Below are positions 51,634 through 64,000 of a stretch of DNA of 64,000 nt, piece by piece. The DNA is taken from contig NC_042998.1 of the NCBI RefSeq assembly GCF_006345805.1, forward strand, positions 154,008,001-154,072,000, written 5' to 3'. A program made the position numbers and the translations under genes. The notes under the pieces are model-generated. The model saw only the letters and a list, made by a program, of their open reading frames with translations, did no database searches and was not told the DNA's origin. The DNA comes from Octopus sinensis (lineage: Eukaryota). Numbering within the stretch: position 1 is the stretch's first letter; every line of letters starts with the position of its first letter.

Positions 51634-54600
51634 TACTCTTTTACTCTTTTACTTGTTTCAGCCATCCGGCTGAGGCCATGCTGGGGCACCGCCCTTGTTG
51701 CTACCCTCTCTAAGTCCAGTTTGCCGTGGCTGGCCACTGATCTAAGAGAGAGTTTGTAGCTGCTGCCCTTAGGTTACCTTCGTACCTTGCAGTGTGTTCA
51801 TCTGGGAACCCGGAAAGCAGCTTGTCTAGATGTTTTTTGAAAATGTCCACATCCGCATCATGTAGATCTCTTAGTTTTCTTGGCAGTTTGTTGAACAGCT
51901 GAGGGCCCCTGAACCCCAGGCTATTACAGTATCTGCTCCTTACCCTGGATGTGGAAGACGGGACCTTTGGCACCACACAGTGACGTCCTGTACGGGGATT
52001 GGAACAGCTCTCAATTCCAAAATTTGGTGCTAGTCCCTCCAGGATTTCCATATGTATATCACTGCATATCTCTCTCGTCTTCGTTCCAAGGAGTACAAAT
52101 TGAGTTCCCTAAGCCTCTCCCAATAGTTCTTTTCTTTCATGGTGGAAATCCTCTTGGTGAAATGTCTCTGGATTGTCTCAAGCTCTGTGGTTAGTTTGAC
52201 ACTATGCGGTGACCACAGTTGGGAGCAGTAGTCCAGGCGGCTTAGGACAAATGTCCTCCATAGTGTCAACATGGTCTCGCAGTCTCTTGTCGGAATGTCC
52301 TCAGGATCCAGCCAGTGAGTCGTCTGCACATTGTCGCCACCTTCGCGATGTGTGAAGAAAAAGATGCATCGTCACTCATGTCTATCCCCAGGTCCCGTAT
52401 TGATTTCGATACTGGGATTTCGATCCCTCCTGGACCAGTATAGTTGTGTTGTAATGTATATGTGTTTACAGCTTGATATTGTAAGGCTTGAAATTTACCA
52501 GCATAAATTGCATGTTGTTGTCTTCAGCCCATTTGTATATGGCATCCAGATCTTGTTGTAAAAGGTCAGCATCAGCTGGGTTTTTGATTGCTGTGCTACC
52601 TTGTGTCATCAGCATAGCTAGTGAGGGATGTTGTTTGTGCTACCAAGGGCATGTCAGAGAGCGCCACCAAAAACAGCAAGGGTCCCAAGACTGTGCCCTG
52701 TGGCACCCCGCTTGCTATTGGTGTCTTTCCGAGAGGGCTCCATTGGCTGCAACCATCTGGCTTCTGTCCTTCAGGAAGTCATGTATCCACTCACCTACTT
52801 TCCTGTTATGCCGAGTCTGAGTAATTTGTGACATATCACTCCGTGGTCGACTTTGTCAAAGGCCTTCGCAAAGTCGAGATATACCACATCCACCTGTGAG
52901 CGATCCAGTAGTTGTTTCAGTACCCAGTCGTAGTGTTGTAACAGCTGCGTAAGGCAGCTTCTTCCTGGGCGAAAGCCATGCTGTGTGTCAGTGAGACGGT
53001 TAGTTTCTTCGAGGAACGTGATCAGTTTTTTCTGATGATTCGTTCCATGACCTTACTTATGTGTGACGTCAGGGAGACTGGCCTGTAGTTTTTGGCCTCT
53101 GCTCTACTCCCTCTTTGTGGATAGGGCATATGGTGCCTTCTTTTAGCGCCCTGGGCAGTTTACCATTAGCCAAGGAACCATGAAGAGCTTCTTCAGTGGT
53201 CCCGCTAGGGCATGCCTGCATGTTTTTAGGAGGACTGCTGGGAATCCATCTGGTCCAGCAGCTGAGTTTATTTCATTTCTTCTATGGCAGATATTACATC
53301 CCTCTCTGTTATGTCTATTGGTCGATGGTTGTTGTTTGGTTTTGGAGTGTGTGGCATCAAAGAAAACTTCTGGGTTTGTGATTTGCATGTGCCCCAGAGG
53401 GGATGTGAACACACTTTTATACTGTTCCTTTAGTATTTCACTTATCCCTTGGGGGTCCTCAGTTAGAGAGCCCTTTTTATCAAAGAGTGGGCCAATCTTG
53501 CAGTGTACGAGGTGGTTTCTTTCGCAAATTTAAAGAAGGCTTTAGGGTTTGTTTTAATATTCTCTATGGCCCTGGCTTCTCTCTCTGCCCTCTCCTTCTC
53601 ATAGGAAAGTTTGAGTGCAGTTTCCGTTTCAAAAAGTTTCAGGTGGAGTCCCTCATTGTTTCTCTGCCGTGCATTCAGTTGCTTCGAGAGCTTAGCTCTT
53701 CGCCTCATAAGTATTTTCCTGTCTCTGGGAATAACGTTCCTATGCCCGCTGGCTTTTTTCTCCGGGACAAACTTATGGCATATGTTCTGTATTGTTGTCA
53801 TGAAATGTTGGAAATGTGTGTTGGTGTCTTGTGTGGTGATGAAGTCACTCCAGTCATGTTTTCGGATCTCTTCGTTGATCTTCTTCCAGTTTGCCTTATG
53901 TAAGTTTAGACTGGATAGGCCTGTGGTATTTTCTAATGGCTGCGTCTCAACTAACTCTCTCATACCATATATCATTACCTCTACTAAGTTGTGATCTGAG
54001 AGAATTGTTGGTGTTACCATTATGTTGTGGATGAGCATCGGGTTGCTTGTGAAACAGAGGTCCAAGACATTCTCACCTCTTGTTGGCCAAAGCACTGCTT
54101 GCTCCATGAAAAACTTGCGTGTGAGAGCCAACAAGGACTCTGTCTGTCTCTGTTCAAGTGATGTCATTCCAGGGAGGAGATGGCCATCTGGCCATTTGAC
54201 TTTCGGAAGGTTAAAATCTCCCAGCAGTAGAATGGTGTTACCCTGGTCCAGTTTGTCCAGAACTTCTTCTATTCTTCTGAGGCTATCTTCAAACACTCCT
54301 TCATGACTAGGGGTGTCTGGTGGCCGATATGTGACACATATTACTATTTTCGGTTGTTTCATGTGTACTATCAGTGTGTGTCACAGACGAGTTTGAGTGT
54401 GTCAACAGTACTATGGGTGTGACATCTTCACGGACGTACAGGGCAACCCCACCATGAGTTCTTTCCTTCCTGTCGACCGAAAAACAGTATACTTCGGTAT
54501 GTGTTCTGCATCTGCTATACTGCTTGACAGGTGCGTTTCAGTCAGCGCTATGCATAGCATGGTTGGTTGCTTGTGCTCAAGTCCCTAAGGTAAGGAATTT

Positions 54601-55580
54601 TACCCATATTAGTGGGTTTCACCAGACCTCTGACATTCAGCAGAAGCACTGGTGAGACACCGGGGTGTCAATAAAGGCTGACGGTGTGGCACCTGGGCCG
54701 GCGTCAGCGGTGGCCACCCTGGGTCCTTGATTGTGGTGGTCTTGAGTGCTGTTGTGAGTGCCCCTGGCTCTGAAGACGATGTATCCAGGCCAGTTGTCCC
54801 ACAATTTTCTCTGCCATTTCCACAAAATTTCTTTGTTCTGCTGCCGCCGTCTGCATTTCCTCTGCAAATGTGCGCCTTCTCCTTGTTGGGGCATTACGCA
54901 CTTGTCTGCATATTTCTGGGGCAGCTTGTATTTGTTCTGGTTTTGGTTAAGGCATTTTGGTCGAGTGGGTTTTGATGCAATTTCCATAGGGCCTGGGATG
55001 AGCGAACCTGCATCCTTCCCCTGTTTCTCCATGCCAGCAGGTTCCATTCCGGAAGAATTTGCATGTTATCTGGGTTTTCCTGTCCCCAGTTCCTCTCTGT
55101 TTTTCTTCCTCCGTTGGACGGTTGTCCAATGGTTCCTTTCTGCATAGGTCTTTTCATCCAGGTGGTTATTTTCTGTTTCCCATCGCCGCCTATCTGTTGT
55201 TTGCCCTGCTTGCCTTCTTCGACTGTGGCAGTGGGCGTGTCATTTTTGTCACTCTGTGGTTGGTGTTTCCTGTTTCCATCTCTCTCTCTTTGTCTTTGTC
55301 CACCTTGAGGACTTGGCTTAGCAAAGCCATGTGTGGTGCAATGAGAGTGTAGGCCCTTTCGACTTCTCTTTTCTTCCTCTCTACTTGCGCCAACGTCCTC
55401 ATAAAGCCATGGCTTTTCAGGGTCGCCGCTATGTTTTTAGTTGGTTGCGATCTGTCGGCCGAGCTCCATCCTCTGATGAAAACTTCCAGCTCTACTTTCG
55501 TCCAGTTACGCTGGCTTTGTTGACGCCAGTGTTTGCATTCACCTCTAATTTTTGCATGTTGTCCATTCCGTTGTAGCGGG
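51634..55580 (-). mobile_element. Full-length decayed CR1-group LINE, related to 47197-50975
   Basis: ORF1 pieces with CKFFRNGTCWHGETGEGCRFAH; ORF2 pieces TYRPPD, LGDFNLP, SDHN, AGPDGFP, SRLDYCSQLW; tail (GTAAAAGA)n. Confidence 0.92.
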
Positions 55581-55730
55581 GCGGGGAGAGAGAGAGAAGC
55601 TGTGAGAGGAAAAAGGGAGAAGGGAGGAGAGAGGAAGAGATTGTGATTGTGAGGAAGGGAGGAATTATATTATATTATATTATATTAATTTATATTAATC
55701 TAATAGTGCAATAGGGGGTAGGGAGAAAGT

Positions 55731-55995
55731 AGAGAAAGGGAGCGTCTATGTACTTAAGGAGAAATTGGGAGCCGAGAGTAAGAGAGAAGAGGAAGAGGAG
55801 AGACTGAGAGCTGAAGGAAGAGAGAGAAAGCGTCTATGTCCTTATATGTATCCGAGAGAGGAGAGTAAGTTAGAAGAGAAAGGGAGCGTCTATGTACTTA
55901 AGGAGAAATTGGGAGCCGAGAGTAGAGAGAGGAGGAGGAAGAGGAGAGACCGAGAGCTGAAGGAAGAGAGAGAAAGCGTCTATGTCCTTATATGT
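55731..55995. repeat. Purine-rich ~142 bp tandem duplication
   Basis: AGAGAAAGGGAGCGTCTATGTACTTAAGGAGAAATTGGGAGCCGAG occurs near 55731 and 55873. Confidence 0.85.
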
Positions 55996-57129
55996 AGAGG
56001 AGAGAGGAGAGTAAGTTAGAAGAGAGAAATGGAGAGACAAGGAGAAGCGGGAGAGAAAACTGAAGAGATAGGGAGAGAAGGAAGAAATATAGAGAGAATT
56101 TATATATTTGAAAGAGGGGAGTAAGATAGAGCTATGAAGAGACAAGGAGAAGCGTGAGTGAGAGAAACTGAAGAGACAGACAGAGAGAGAGAGAGAGGGG
56201 AGAATTCTAAGCGAAGCTATTTGTACACACACACACATATACACATGTGTGCACACGCACATATATAAACAGTAGTACCAAGTGAGTATATAAAGAAACA
56301 ATAATAATAATAATGAAATAGCTGAAAGAAAACAATCCAAGAGATTTTACAGAAATTAAGCAGAGAAAAAGAGAAAAGAAAATATGTATTTGTCGCTACA
56401 GACAATGTATTCTAAAATAAAAACTAATTGCGACTATACTTTTAACACACGCATATACATACACATAGAGATTTTAAAACAATGTCTTCTAAAAATAATT
56501 GTGGCTATACTTCTAACACACACATATACATACACATAGATATATTATTTTCTGTTTGAAAGAACACTAATGATAACAAAATAAGTAATATATTTTTTTT
56601 TTTTTTCCTTACCTTACCGGCTGAGAGAGAGTACTTACGCGATTCCTTTTTATGAGAAAGGAAGATAGATAGACAAAATAGATAGACAAGACAGACCTTT
56701 TATTCTCCAAGCGCTTTGTAAACAAAAGGATTTGAGTTTCGATTTAGCACGTGCAACAGTTTGTATTTCCCTAAGCGATTTGGTATTAAGCAGCAAATTT
56801 TTCAGAGGCTTTTTTCAGAACACGCAGATATACATCAAAAACGAAAATATCCTGTGTCTTGTTGATTCACAGACGAAGAATAAAATTCACTTCGATTTCG
56901 GGAAAGTAACACACGTGCGTTTTAACACGTGTATTCGCGAGTATGTTCTAATTGCAAAACACTATATCAAAAGCGAAAATATTCTTCTCAAATACAGTGA
57001 CTTGTTGTACTTTCACTTATATTCGCTTTGCAGACAATTTCGCTTCTGATAACATCGATCTCTGGAAGGACTTCCTTAATGTTTAGGAGAGAGACGTTAA
57101 CACACTTGTTGTTAGTTCAGCGCCATCTT

Positions 57130-57171
57130 TATATGTATATATGTATATATGTGTATATATATATATATATT

Positions 57172-57218
<47 letters not shown>

Positions 57219-57319
57219 ATATAGATATATATATAGAGAGATATGTATATATATATAAGATATGTATATATATATATAGATATGTATATATATATATAGA
57301 TATGTATATATATTATAGA

Positions 57320-57351
<32 letters not shown>

Positions 57352-57377
57352 GATATGGTATATATATAGATAGAATG

Positions 57378-57423
<46 letters not shown>

Positions 57424-57424
57424 G

Positions 57425-57456
<32 letters not shown>

Positions 57457-57549
57457 ATATATATTTGTATATATATATATATATATAATTTGTATGGATG
57501 TATATATATATATATCGATTATATTATATTTGTATATATATATATATAT

Positions 57550-57590
<41 letters not shown>

Positions 57591-57702
57591 ATATTATATA
57601 TGAATATATAATATATATATTGTATTTATATATATATATATATATATTTGTATATATATTATATATATATATATTGTATATATATATATATATATATATT
57701 TG

Positions 57703-57736
<34 letters not shown>

Positions 57737-57950
57737 TAGATATGTATATATATTTAAACTATATATATATATATATAGATATGTATATATATAAAAATAT
57801 ATATATGGGATATATATATATATAGATATATAGATATGTATATATATAAAATATATATATGTGGTTTATATATATATATATATATATATATAGATATGTA
57901 TATTATAAAATATATATATATAGATATGTATATATAGAAATATATATATG

Positions 57951-57981
<31 letters not shown>

Positions 57982-58129
57982 GATATGTATATATATAAAA
58001 TATATATATATTATATAGATATGTATATATATAAAATATATTTATTATATATATTATATATATATATAGATATGTATATATATAAAATATATTTTAAATA
58101 TATAATATATAGATATGTATATATATAAA

Positions 58130-58163
<34 letters not shown>

Positions 58164-58288
58164 GATATGTATATATATAAAATATATTTATTATATATAT
58201 ATATATATATAGATATGTATATATATAAAATATATTTATATATACATTATATATATATAGATATGTATATATATAAAATATTATTATA

Positions 58289-58319
<31 letters not shown>

Positions 58320-58324
58320 AAATA

Positions 58325-58390
<66 letters not shown>

Positions 58391-58672
58391 TATATATATA
58401 TATATATTTCCACAATTACAGCAACGAATCTAGTCAATGCACAAGACAGCCATTATGCTCACTCCACACAAAACACCACCACGTTGACTCTATTGAGACT
58501 AGTAAGAAACAATTATGAACTTTTTTATTATACTTAATTGTATATATGTGTATATATATATATATATTTGATATATATATATCTATATATATATATATAG
58601 ATGATATATATATAAATATATCTATAATATATATAGATATATTATAAATATATATATATAGATATATATATT

Positions 58673-58724
<52 letters not shown>

Positions 58725-58749
58725 TTGTTATATTATAGATATATTGTAT

Positions 58750-58819
<70 letters not shown>

Positions 58820-58892
58820 ATATATTAATATATTTTGTATATATATATATATATATAGATGTATATATATATTATATATATATATATATATT

Positions 58893-58939
<47 letters not shown>

Positions 58940-59195
58940 ATATATATATTTGTATATATATATGTATATATATATATTTGTATATATATATATTTATATA
59001 TATATTGTATATATATCTATATATATATATATATATATATGTATTATATATATATATATTGTATATATATATATATTCTATATATATATATGTATATATA
59101 TATTATATATATATGTATATATATATATATTTATATATATATGTATATATTATATATATATATATATGTATATATATAAATATATATATATATAG

Positions 59196-59226
<31 letters not shown>

Positions 59227-59320
59227 ATATTATATATATAAAATATATATATATATATAGATATGTATCTATATAATATATATAAAATATATATATATAT
59301 ACAAATATATAGATATATTA

Positions 59321-59364
<44 letters not shown>

Positions 59365-59699
59365 TATGTATATATATAAAATATATATATATATAGATAT
59401 GTATATATATAAAATATATATATATATAATATATATATAAAATATATATATATTAGATATGTATATATATAAAATATATATAATATATAGATATGTATAT
59501 ATATAAAATATATATATATATAGATAATATATAAAATATATATATATATATATGTATAGATAATATATATATATATATAGATATGTATATATATATTATA
59601 TATATATAATGTATATATATATATAGTATATATATAGATATATATATATAGATATGTATATATAAAATATATATATATATAGATATGTATATATATAAA

Positions 59700-59755
<56 letters not shown>

Positions 59756-60100
59756 TTCCCACAATTACAGCCAACGAATCTAGTCAATGCACAAGACAGC
59801 CATTATGCTCACTCCACACAAACACACCACCACGTTGACTCTATTGAGACTAGTAAGAAACAATTATGAACTTTTTTATTATACTTAACTTCTAAAAAAT
59901 TTTTGATAAAGTTTGTTTTCTCAAGAGGAACCGAAACATGTAAAATCTCTATGAAATTAAAATTTATCTTGTATAGTGGCGTTTTCAATATTCTTTTTGT
60001 AAATATAAGTATATATATATTTTATACATATATGTAAATATATATATAATATCAATATATTATATATATATATATATATTATATATATATATATATATAT
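57130..60100. repeat. ~3 kb (AT)n-based satellite with GATATGT variant units
   Basis: Direct reading; contains two copies of a ~130 bp non-microsatellite segment. Confidence 0.95.
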
Positions 60101-60101
60101 A

Positions 60102-61165
60102 TGGGCAAAGTTCAGAGAGCTCTTACCTCTGCTGGTGACAAAAGGCCTCTCGCTCAAAGTAAAAGGCAGACTGTATGACGCATGTGTGCGAACAGCCATG
60201 CTACATGGCAGTGAAACATGGGCCGTGACTGCTGAGGATATGCGTAAGCTCGTAAGAAATGAAGCCAGTTTGCTCCGTTGGATGTGTAATGTCAGTGTTC
60301 ATACCCAACTGAGTGTAAGTGCCTTGAGAGAAAAGTTGGACCTAAGAAGCATCAGATGTGGTGTGCAAGAGAGGCGTCTATGCTGGTATGGACACATAGT
60401 AAGATGAAGATAGTTGTGTGAAAAAGTGCCACACCCTAGCGGTTGAGGGAACCTGTGGAAGAAGTTGACCCAGGAAAACCTGGGACGAGGTGTTGAAGAA
60501 CGACCTACGCACTTTAGGTCTCACCGAGGAAATGACCAGAGAACGAGACCTTTGGAAGTATGCTGTGCGCAAGAAGACCCAGCAGGAAACGTGAGGCCAT
60601 AACCCATGGCCCCTACCTGGGACATAGTCAAGTCCACCTGTGCATACCTTCCTTCTTGGGACACATAACTCTACATGTGAAGACCTGTTGAGGCAAGTGA
60701 AAATCAAATCAAATCAAAATCGATGAACATCAATAGAATTTGTAGTTTTGTGGTACCAGTGCCGGTGGCACATAAGAAAATCATCCGAACGTGGCCGTAG
60801 CCAGTACCGTATCGACTGGCCTCCATGCTGGTGGCACGTAAAAAACACCATCTGAGCGTGCCGTTCGCCAGCCTCGTCTGCCACCTGTGTCCATGGCACA
60901 TAAAAAACACCATCCGAGCGTGGCCGTTTGCCAGCCTCGTCTGGCACCTGTGTCAGTGGAACATAAAAAATACCATCTGAGCGTGGCCATTCGCCAGCCT
61001 CGTCTGGCAACTGTGTCGGTGGCACATAAAAAGCACCCACAACACTCACGGAGTGGTTGGCATTAGGAAGGGTATCCAGCTGTAGAAACACTGCCAGATC
61101 TGACTGGCCTGGTGCAGCCTTCAGGCTTCCCAGACCCCAGTTGAACTGTCCAACCCATGCTAGCA
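60102..61165 (+). mobile_element. 5'-truncated RTE copy (same family as 19515) with variant 3' UTR minisatellite
   Basis: ORF 60135-60407 closely matches 19598-20314; five repeat units at 60770-61035. Confidence 0.9.
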
Positions 61166-61315
61166 TATATATATATATGTATATATATAAATAATATATA
61201 TATTTATATAATATAAATAATATATATATACATATATGTATATATATAAATAATATATTATTATATATATAACTAATTGTATATTTATATATATACATGT
61301 GTATATATATATATT

Positions 61316-61365
<50 letters not shown>

Positions 61366-61447
61366 AATATATATAAATTAATGTATATAAATAATATATA
61401 TATAAATATATATATATATACATATATGTAATATATATGTATATGTA

Positions 61448-62344
61448 TCTCTTATTATAAAAGGCAGATTTTATCTGCCTCCCTTTGTCACTTATAGAAA
61501 TCTACAATATAGGATTTTTTCAAGTACAATTTACCTAGCATTTTAAGAGTAGAATGCATCGGTCGTGCCAGGTCCAGTTTTTATTTTAAAATTTAACTCC
61601 AATTAGCAAAAATTTACAGAAAACTCACATTCTGGTGTGTATGTCAAATGCTTTTCTTAGTCTGGTTTACAGCACACGCACACACACAGTGTGCAACGAA
61701 TAAAGTGAAAGTAATTCACTGTGTGTGTGTTGACAGGTAGACAATAGAATGCGATGGCGATGGTAATATTGTTTCTGTCTATGACGCTGATAAAAGCAAT
61801 GATGTACATGTGTGCGTGGTGAGTGTGGTGTGTCATTCCTCACACACACGCATACACATACATATATGACAGTGACAAACAAACGTTTCAAACAACTACA
61901 TACAAACACGTGTGTGTTTGTTAATATAGGATTTCTTCAATTACAATTTACCTAGCATTTTTAAGAATAGAATGCATCGGGGCATGCCAGGTCCAGTTTT
62001 TAAAATTTAAACTCCAATTAAGCAAAATTTACAGAAAACTCACATTCTGGTGTGTATGTCAAATGCTTTTCTTAGTCTGGTTTACAGCACACGCACACAC
62101 ACAGTGTGCAACGAATAAAGTGAAAGTAATTCACTGTGTGTATGTTGACAGGTAGACAATAGAATGCGATAGCGATGTAATATTTGTTTCTGTCTATGAC
62201 GCTCATAAAAGCATTGATGTACATATGTGCGTGCGTGAGTGTGGGTGTGTCATTCCTCACACACACGCATACACATACATATATGACAGTGACAAACAAA
62301 CGTTTCAAAAAGCTACATACAAACACGTGTGTGTTTGTTATTAG
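61448..62344 (+). mobile_element. Non-autonomous Helitron-like element with an internal 417 bp tandem duplication
   Basis: A|TC 5' end (TCTCTTATTATAAAAGGCAG), subterminal hairpin CAAACAC-GTGT-GTGTTTG then TTAG|T; units 61506-61922 and 61923-62340. Confidence 0.6.
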
Positions 62345-62364
62345 TAAAAAAGTTTGTGTCCACT

Positions 62365-63402
62365 GCTTTTTATAGTGGCCCTCTCAGAAATGCCCTCAAA
62401 TGCCCGGATAGCCACTCTCACAATCTATGCAGATGATACGAAAGTCTCACAGAAAATACAGAACCCCAGCGATGTTGCACACCTGCAGCAGGAGTTGGAC
62501 TCAATCTACAGATGGGCTGAGGATAATAATATACAGTTTAATGCTGAAAAATTCCAGGCCCTGCAATACCAGCGTCCAAAACTGAATATTAAACTTACAG
62601 GGTACACTGGTCCACAGGGAATTTCAGTCCCAGAGCCTAAGTTTGTGAGGGACCTGGGTATCAACATGGGTGATGATACCTCTTTCCAAGTGCACATTAC
62701 CAGGATGGCGACAAAGTGCAGACAACTGGCTGGATGGATCCTAAGAATATTCAGAACCAGAGATAAGGAAACCATGATGGTCCTTTGGCGGACATTCATC
62801 CTCAGCTGCCTGGATTACTGCTCACAGCTTTGGTCACCCACCAGTGTCAAATTTACAGCAGACCTTGAAGCAATCCAGAGAAGATTCACAAAGAAGATCA
62901 TCTATTTGCTCAGCTACTGGGAAAGGTTGAAACAGCTAACACTCTACTCCCTGGAGAGAAGACGGGAGAGGTAGGCAGTAATATATATCTAGAAGATCCT
63001 GGAAGGAATTGTACCAAATGTTGGCATTGAAAGCTACACCAATGCTAGAATGGGACGACACTGCATAGTGCCAAAGATCCCAGCAATGCCATCATGCTTC
63101 AGGACCAGCTACTGCAACAGCCTGGGTTTCAAGGGCCCACAGCTTTTTAATATTCTCCCAAAGAGTCTGAGGAACTTGCACAAGGTAGATGTAGTGGTTT
63201 TTAAATCAAAGCTGGACCTCTTGCTGTCGAGAGTTTCAGATGGACATACCTCACGGCAAGAGGTGCAAATGAGGGGAGCTATATCAAACTCCATTCTTCA
63301 CCAAGTGCCACATATTAGAGGAGGCGCTTAGTAAAAACAGTGTAGTGGAAAACAGCGATGCATCAGCATGGCCGCAGCTCTGAGCTGAAACTAAAAAAAG
63401 AA
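62365..63402 (+). mobile_element. 5'-truncated CR1-group LINE, related to the 47 and 52 kb elements
   Basis: ORFs 62354-62974 (YADD...CLDYCSQLW) and 63050-63331; stem-loop tail. Confidence 0.9.
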
Positions 63403-63413
63403 TATACATATAT

Positions 63414-63464
<51 letters not shown>

Positions 63465-64000
63465 TATCAATTATATATATATATCTATAAATTATATATA
63501 TATATTGATATATATATAAATAATAAATATATATATGTATATGTAAATATACTTATATATAAATATATATACATATAGAGTCAGTAGTGTACAACCAACT
63601 GCCTCATGGTACTTGGACTTCTGAGTTTAAACCCCCACCAAGGGCTGATTTTTTGCTCAGGTCCTTCTGCTGGGCTGATGAAAAATAAGTACCTGTTACG
63701 TACTGGGTGTTGGTGAGATAATCATCTCTGCCCTGCCCTTTATTTCCTCTCTTTCATACACCTAACCCCTCCCACAGTAATTTGGGACCTTATGATTAGA
63801 TTACTAATCCTTGTTAATTAATTAGAGCAGTAGATTGCGAGGAGGTGCAGAGTGGTAGACGGAAATGCCTTGTGGTATTTTAATCCTATCTCTTTACCTT
63901 CTGATCTCAAGCATCGTTCTGAGGAATCATGATGGGTATCATCTGTCAACAACAGCAACTCTCATAAGCTGTCGGGCTTGATACAAATCATTAAATCAAC

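Noticed and set aside
50320-55576. Plus-strand ORFs overlapping the CR1 and RTE elements
   Set aside because: Antisense shadows of GC-rich retrotransposon ORFs with no recognisable domains
57028-59774. Long Ile/Tyr-rich ORFs (also at 40.4, 46.9, 51 and 61 kb, and poly-S/V/T ORFs at 9.2-9.5 kb)
   Set aside because: Translation artefacts of (AT)n and (CTA)n microsatellites

Overview
Eukaryotic, transposon-saturated, AT-rich genomic DNA. The SINE, LINE and microsatellite content suggests a cephalopod, most likely Octopus (inference). Only one convincing host coding exon was found: 14235-14343 (+), a PH-domain segment resembling SH3BP2, so the window is probably mostly intron. The rest is nested mobile elements: many decayed R4/Dong-type (RLE) LINE fragments, RTE LINEs, four CR1-group LINEs (one nearly intact), several Penelope-like fragments, tRNA-derived SINEs, hAT and maT/DD37D transposase relics, a Gypsy pol fragment, a solo LTR with TSD, a Helitron-like element and kilobase (AT)n arrays. 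The most notable items are a Penelope-linked type I hammerhead ribozyme with an intact core and an unusually long stem II (plus a second, mutated copy), and a 3' stem-loop tail shared with compensatory changes between SINEs and three CR1 LINEs. Also notable are a TSD-bounded, in-frame internally deleted RTE, CCCH-finger ORF1s, and a solo LTR with a canonical TATA/Inr promoter in the host-gene sense. Element boundaries were read by eye and are approximate unless exact termini are quoted.
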